DNA of 32,000 nucleotides from NCBI RefSeq assembly GCF_008000775.2, contig NZ_CP042905.2:2790001-2822000 (forward strand), given 5' to 3'. The notes under the pieces are model-generated. The model did not search any database and was not told where the DNA came from. It was given only the letters and a program-made list of their open reading frames with translations. This stretch comes from Promethearchaeum syntrophicum. GTDB lineage: Archaea; Asgardarchaeota; Lokiarchaeia; Sigyniarchaeales; Promethearchaeaceae. The first letter of the stretch is position 1; each line of letters opens with the position of its first letter. The position numbers were made by a program, and so were the translations under genes. This document shows positions 28,924 to 32,000 of the stretch, in pieces.

Positions 28924-30135
28924 TTACCTAAGAAAACGATTTAGAAATACTGCCCATTCTTTAACAATGGGCATATGATCTTGATCTTTGTCCTTGAAGA
29001 AAGTCGAGATTACATAATTATAATGCGCAACTGTTTTAGGATTCGTAGTTATAAAATAAGTAGCACCAGTATCACGAACTTCTTTAACAAAATCAATCCA
29101 CATTTGCTCCGTTTCTTTAGTTATTTTGATATAAGGTGTACAACCAAAATCAAAGGAATAATCCCGATTATTTTGCATCTCAATTAGTTTAACTCCTTTC
29201 AAACTTTCAAGAATGAATCTTGGAGCATCATAAATCTTACCCCCCATTCGTCCTATTTTGCTAGAATCATGATAAGTAAAACGAACATCAACGGGAAAAT
29301 TAATTATGGATTTTTTGATGAAATTTTTTTCCAATAGAAACTCACTTAAATGATATACTTCAAAATCAAAGTCAGGAATAACGCGCGGATAATCATACTT
29401 CCAAGTTCGATAGGCCTCATCATTTTCAATAACTATAGTTTTTACTTTTGCTTTCCGATAAGTTTTAACATTGTATTCAGCTAGCGCTTTAAATGTATCA
29501 AAATCACCAATCCATAAATCGTCATGACCGCTGCCTTTTAAATTAATAACAACGGGCTTAATATCAAGATGATTCAGAATTTTAACAACTGCTAGTGGAA
29601 TTTGATCGATTTGGTCACTGATTATGGGATAATTCTTTTGGAGCTGAGGTAGGTCATCAATAAAATATGCGATTTCCCCAGTTTTTACAATTTTAAAATC
29701 AGGTTTATTCTTAAAATAGTGAAGGACACCAATTTTAGAAAGCGATTTCTTACTGGTTTCATTATCAGATTTATTTTGCAGAATAGTCCCACAACCGGGT
29801 TTTTCAGGTTTACCTTTTACCGAAATATCGTGCTTAAACGCAAACTGGCGTAATTCTCGAACTAAATATGCCATATTCATACCAAGCTCTTCTCCCTTAC
29901 TATGGTTACTATGAGTCGGACAATCTACCATACACCGATTACATGCGATACAGTTAAAAATGGGGTGACGTTGTAGAACTTCTTCAAGAGATTCACTATT
30001 CATCTCTAAATCGCGAAGCAATCCAAGAGGATTAAATAATCCAGTTAAATGGGTTGGGCAACTTAAATTGCATTGTCCACAGTTTTTGCATGCAGAAATA
30101 TATTCATTAATTGCCGAATTGAATGTAGTAAGCAT
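28924..30135 (-). CDS. (Fe-S)-binding protein with two N-terminal [4Fe-4S] motifs (HdrC/GlpC-like N-terminus)
   Basis: 'CKNCGQCNLSCPTH' and 'CIACNRCMVDCPTHS'; long C-terminal domain without obvious CCG repeats. Confidence 0.85.
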   Translation of the reverse strand: MLTTFNSAINEYISACKNCGQCNLSCPTHLTGLFNPLGLLRDLEMNSESLEEVLQRHPIFNCIACNRCMVDCPTHSNHSKGEELGMNMAYLVRELRQFAFKHDISVKGKPEKPGCGTILQNKSDNETSKKSLSKIGVLHYFKNKPDFKIVKTGEIAYFIDDLPQLQKNYPIISDQIDQIPLAVVKILNHLDIKPVVINLKGSGHDDLWIGDFDTFKALAEYNVKTYRKAKVKTIVIENDEAYRTWKYDYPRVIPDFDFEVYHLSEFLLEKNFIKKSIINFPVDVRFTYHDSSKIGRMGGKIYDAPRFILESLKGVKLIEMQNNRDYSFDFGCTPYIKITKETEQMWIDFVKEVRDTGATYFITTNPKTVAHYNYVISTFFKDKDQDHMPIVKEWAVFLNRFLR

Positions 30136-30391
30136 TGTGAAATTAAGTAAAATGGGAATACATAAAGGTTATCCTTGCAAAATCACTGAATTAAATTTAT
30201 TTCGTAAAATTTTCCCTAATGAAATCAAAAATCTCTATATAATGAATTATAAATAATTATTCCTAATATATGATGAATTTTACTAAAATGAACAAAATTT
30301 CACAAAAACAATAAAAAATCCAAAACCTCTTAAAGGAGATTTTCTTAAAAAAAGTTCGACATAAATTCAATCGAAATCATGATGATTTAAC

Positions 30392-31078
30392 TTGCTAAAT
30401 CGAATAGATCTGAAGGGGTTTAAAAAGGTTCAAGATGAATACAGAAAAGATCGCTCTAAATGTAAGAAAACATTGGAAGTTAAAGGAAGATGGAAATTAG
30501 ATGTACAATATGGTCCACAATTTGAGATAAAACTGGCCACAGAAAGAGCAGGGATCATTACTGTACAAACTGATGAAACCATCATCCTTGGAGGAGGAGG
30601 AACAGCAGTACACCCAGTTCATTATTGTATGGTCGGTTTTTGTGGTTGCTTCTCAGCAGCATTTGCTAAATGGGCAGCAATGGCAGATATAGAATTAAAA
30701 AAATTAGACATTAGAATTATTGCAGACATAGATTTAACAACGGGATTTGGAATTGAGGATGGTATTGATGCTGTTAATGATTATAAACTTGAAATATATA
30801 TTGAAAGCGATGCAAGTGAAGATGAATTAAATAAAGTTCTGGAGTACACAAAAAAAAGATGTTTTTGTATGTATTGTATCACGACACCAATAGAACCTAA
30901 AATTGAGATGATAATAGAAACACCTGAAGAAGAGATAGAAGATGCCGTCTTTATTTGTCCTAATTGTTTCAAGTATACAATGGTATTTTTAGATGATAAC
31001 ACTCAGAAATGTTCGAATTGCAATACTATTGGCTATTTTACTCGACCACCCGAATCAGAAGAATCATCTAAGAAATAA
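30392..31078 (+). CDS. OsmC-like protein with C-terminal zinc ribbon; N-terminus probably frameshifted
   Basis: 'HPVHYCMVGFCGCFSAAFAKWAAMADIELKKLDI' OsmC-like; C-terminal 'FICPNCFKYTMVFLDDNTQKCSNC' zinc ribbon; open frame lacks a plausible ATG (TTG at 30392). Confidence 0.75.
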   Translation: MLNRIDLKGFKKVQDEYRKDRSKCKKTLEVKGRWKLDVQYGPQFEIKLATERAGIITVQTDETIILGGGGTAVHPVHYCMVGFCGCFSAAFAKWAAMADIELKKLDIRIIADIDLTTGFGIEDGIDAVNDYKLEIYIESDASEDELNKVLEYTKKRCFCMYCITTPIEPKIEMIIETPEEEIEDAVFICPNCFKYTMVFLDDNTQKCSNCNTIGYFTRPPESEESSKK

Positions 31079-31124
31079 AAAAGCACATTAGAAAGGAGCA
31101 TTATAATATCAAGAAGTGAAACAA

Positions 31125-31334
31125 ATGAATGAAGAATGGCCTTATGTAACTAATAAAGATCAATACGTTATGGATTTAGAAAAAGATTTAAAGAAAACTA
31201 AGAATCAATTATATCAGACTTTAATAAATGCAAATAAAACAGTTAACGAAATTCAAGAAGTTCAGGAGAAATTGAATCGATGTCAAATTGAAAATGCAAA
31301 ATTAAAGCATCAAATTGAAGATTTATCTAAATAA
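31125..31334 (+). CDS. Small coiled-coil protein
   Basis: 'MDLEKDLKKTKNQLYQTLINANKTVNEIQEVQEKLNRCQIENAKLKHQIEDLSK'; GAAAGGAG upstream; GTG 31116 alternative start. Confidence 0.65.
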   Translation: MNEEWPYVTNKDQYVMDLEKDLKKTKNQLYQTLINANKTVNEIQEVQEKLNRCQIENAKLKHQIEDLSK

Positions 31335-31368
31335 TTTTAATTGAAAAAAAAGGCATGGTTTAAACCCA

Positions 31369-31920
31369 ATGAATGATACTCAAATAGATTTTATCTTTAA
31401 AATAACAGTAATTGGAGATAGTGGTGTAGGAAAAACATCGTTAATTAAACAATATACTCAGAGTTCATTTGAAAATGATTATATTTCTACAATTGGGGCC
31501 CAATTTTCTATATATAATGAAGAGATAGATGGGGGTAAATTTAAGTTATTTTTATGGGATATCGCTGGTGAAAAGGATTTTAAATTCCTACGCGCTCAGT
31601 TTTATACAAAAAGTAAAGCCGCAATTATTGTTTATTCTCTCGAGGAAAATGATCATGGAAGAAAAAGCTTCAAGCACATAATTGAATGGTATAAGGATAT
31701 TAAAGAATATTGCGGAGAAATTCCCGTTATCATTTTTGCTAATAAAGTTGATTTAATTGATGAAAGAAATTTCGATGATACGGAGGTACAGAAATTAGTT
31801 AAGGAAAATAACTTTTTAGGAATTTATTATACTTCCGCGAAAACTGGTAAGAAGGTAACTGAAGCTTTCCAATACATAATTAAATTTCTTTATAATCAGG
31901 CTAAGAATAAGATTTATTAA
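31369..31920 (+). CDS. Ras/Rab-like small GTPase
   Basis: G1 GDSGVGKTS, G2 region YISTIGAQF, G3 WDIAGEKDF, G4 NKVD, G5 TSAK; full-length about 183 aa. Confidence 0.95.
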   Translation: MNDTQIDFIFKITVIGDSGVGKTSLIKQYTQSSFENDYISTIGAQFSIYNEEIDGGKFKLFLWDIAGEKDFKFLRAQFYTKSKAAIIVYSLEENDHGRKSFKHIIEWYKDIKEYCGEIPVIIFANKVDLIDERNFDDTEVQKLVKENNFLGIYYTSAKTGKKVTEAFQYIIKFLYNQAKNKIY

Positions 31921-32000
31921 AAAATTTTTACAATAATACAAAGGTTTTGAATTAAATTATCTGAATTGCTTTTTTTTCATCGAGAACAGCAGAATGATTG

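Noticed and set aside
30068-30256. ORF containing 'MGIHKGYPCKITELNLF', superficially like the eIF5A 'PCKI' region
   Set aside because: Half is antisense to the Fe-S protein N-terminus; motif order does not match aIF5A and the fragment is far too short.
1-32000. Search for CRISPR arrays, tRNAs, rRNAs, IS elements and transposases
   Set aside because: No regularly spaced repeats, no T-loop GGTTCRANYCC with matching acceptor stem, and no transposase-like ORF seen.

Overview
AT-rich, gene-dense archaeal chromosomal window. An Asgard/Promethearchaeota (Loki-like) origin is my inference from the eukaryote-like Ras/Rab-family small GTPase, the secreted protein with a C-terminal PGY...TM...RRR anchor, and the TrpB2-type tryptophan synthase; no rRNA or marker gene here proves it. 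About 33 credible protein genes are present. Recognisable ones: TM2-domain protein; a PIN (VapC-like) toxin with upstream partner; two translationally coupled coiled-coil + winged-helix proteins; zinc-ribbon membrane protein; QueG-like Fe-S protein; alpha-toroid (prenyltransferase/squalene-cyclase-like) protein; stand-alone Smr domain; tandemly duplicated small membrane proteins; TrpB2; two MFS transporters; MutY-like glycosylase; two GNAT acetyltransferases; PepT-like M20 peptidase; TM-type nitroreductase; ABC ATPase/permease with a wHTH regulator; large secreted PPC-like protein; 2x[4Fe-4S] protein; OsmC-like protein with zinc ribbon; small GTPase. I found no tRNA, rRNA, CRISPR array or transposase. 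No complete new system is demonstrable. The best second looks are the coupled coiled-coil/wHTH pair, the GTPase with Glu at the catalytic Gln position, the in-frame stop that truncates one tandem duplicate, an apparent N-terminal frameshift in the OsmC/zinc-ribbon gene, and a three-gene unknown cassette with an RHH-like member.
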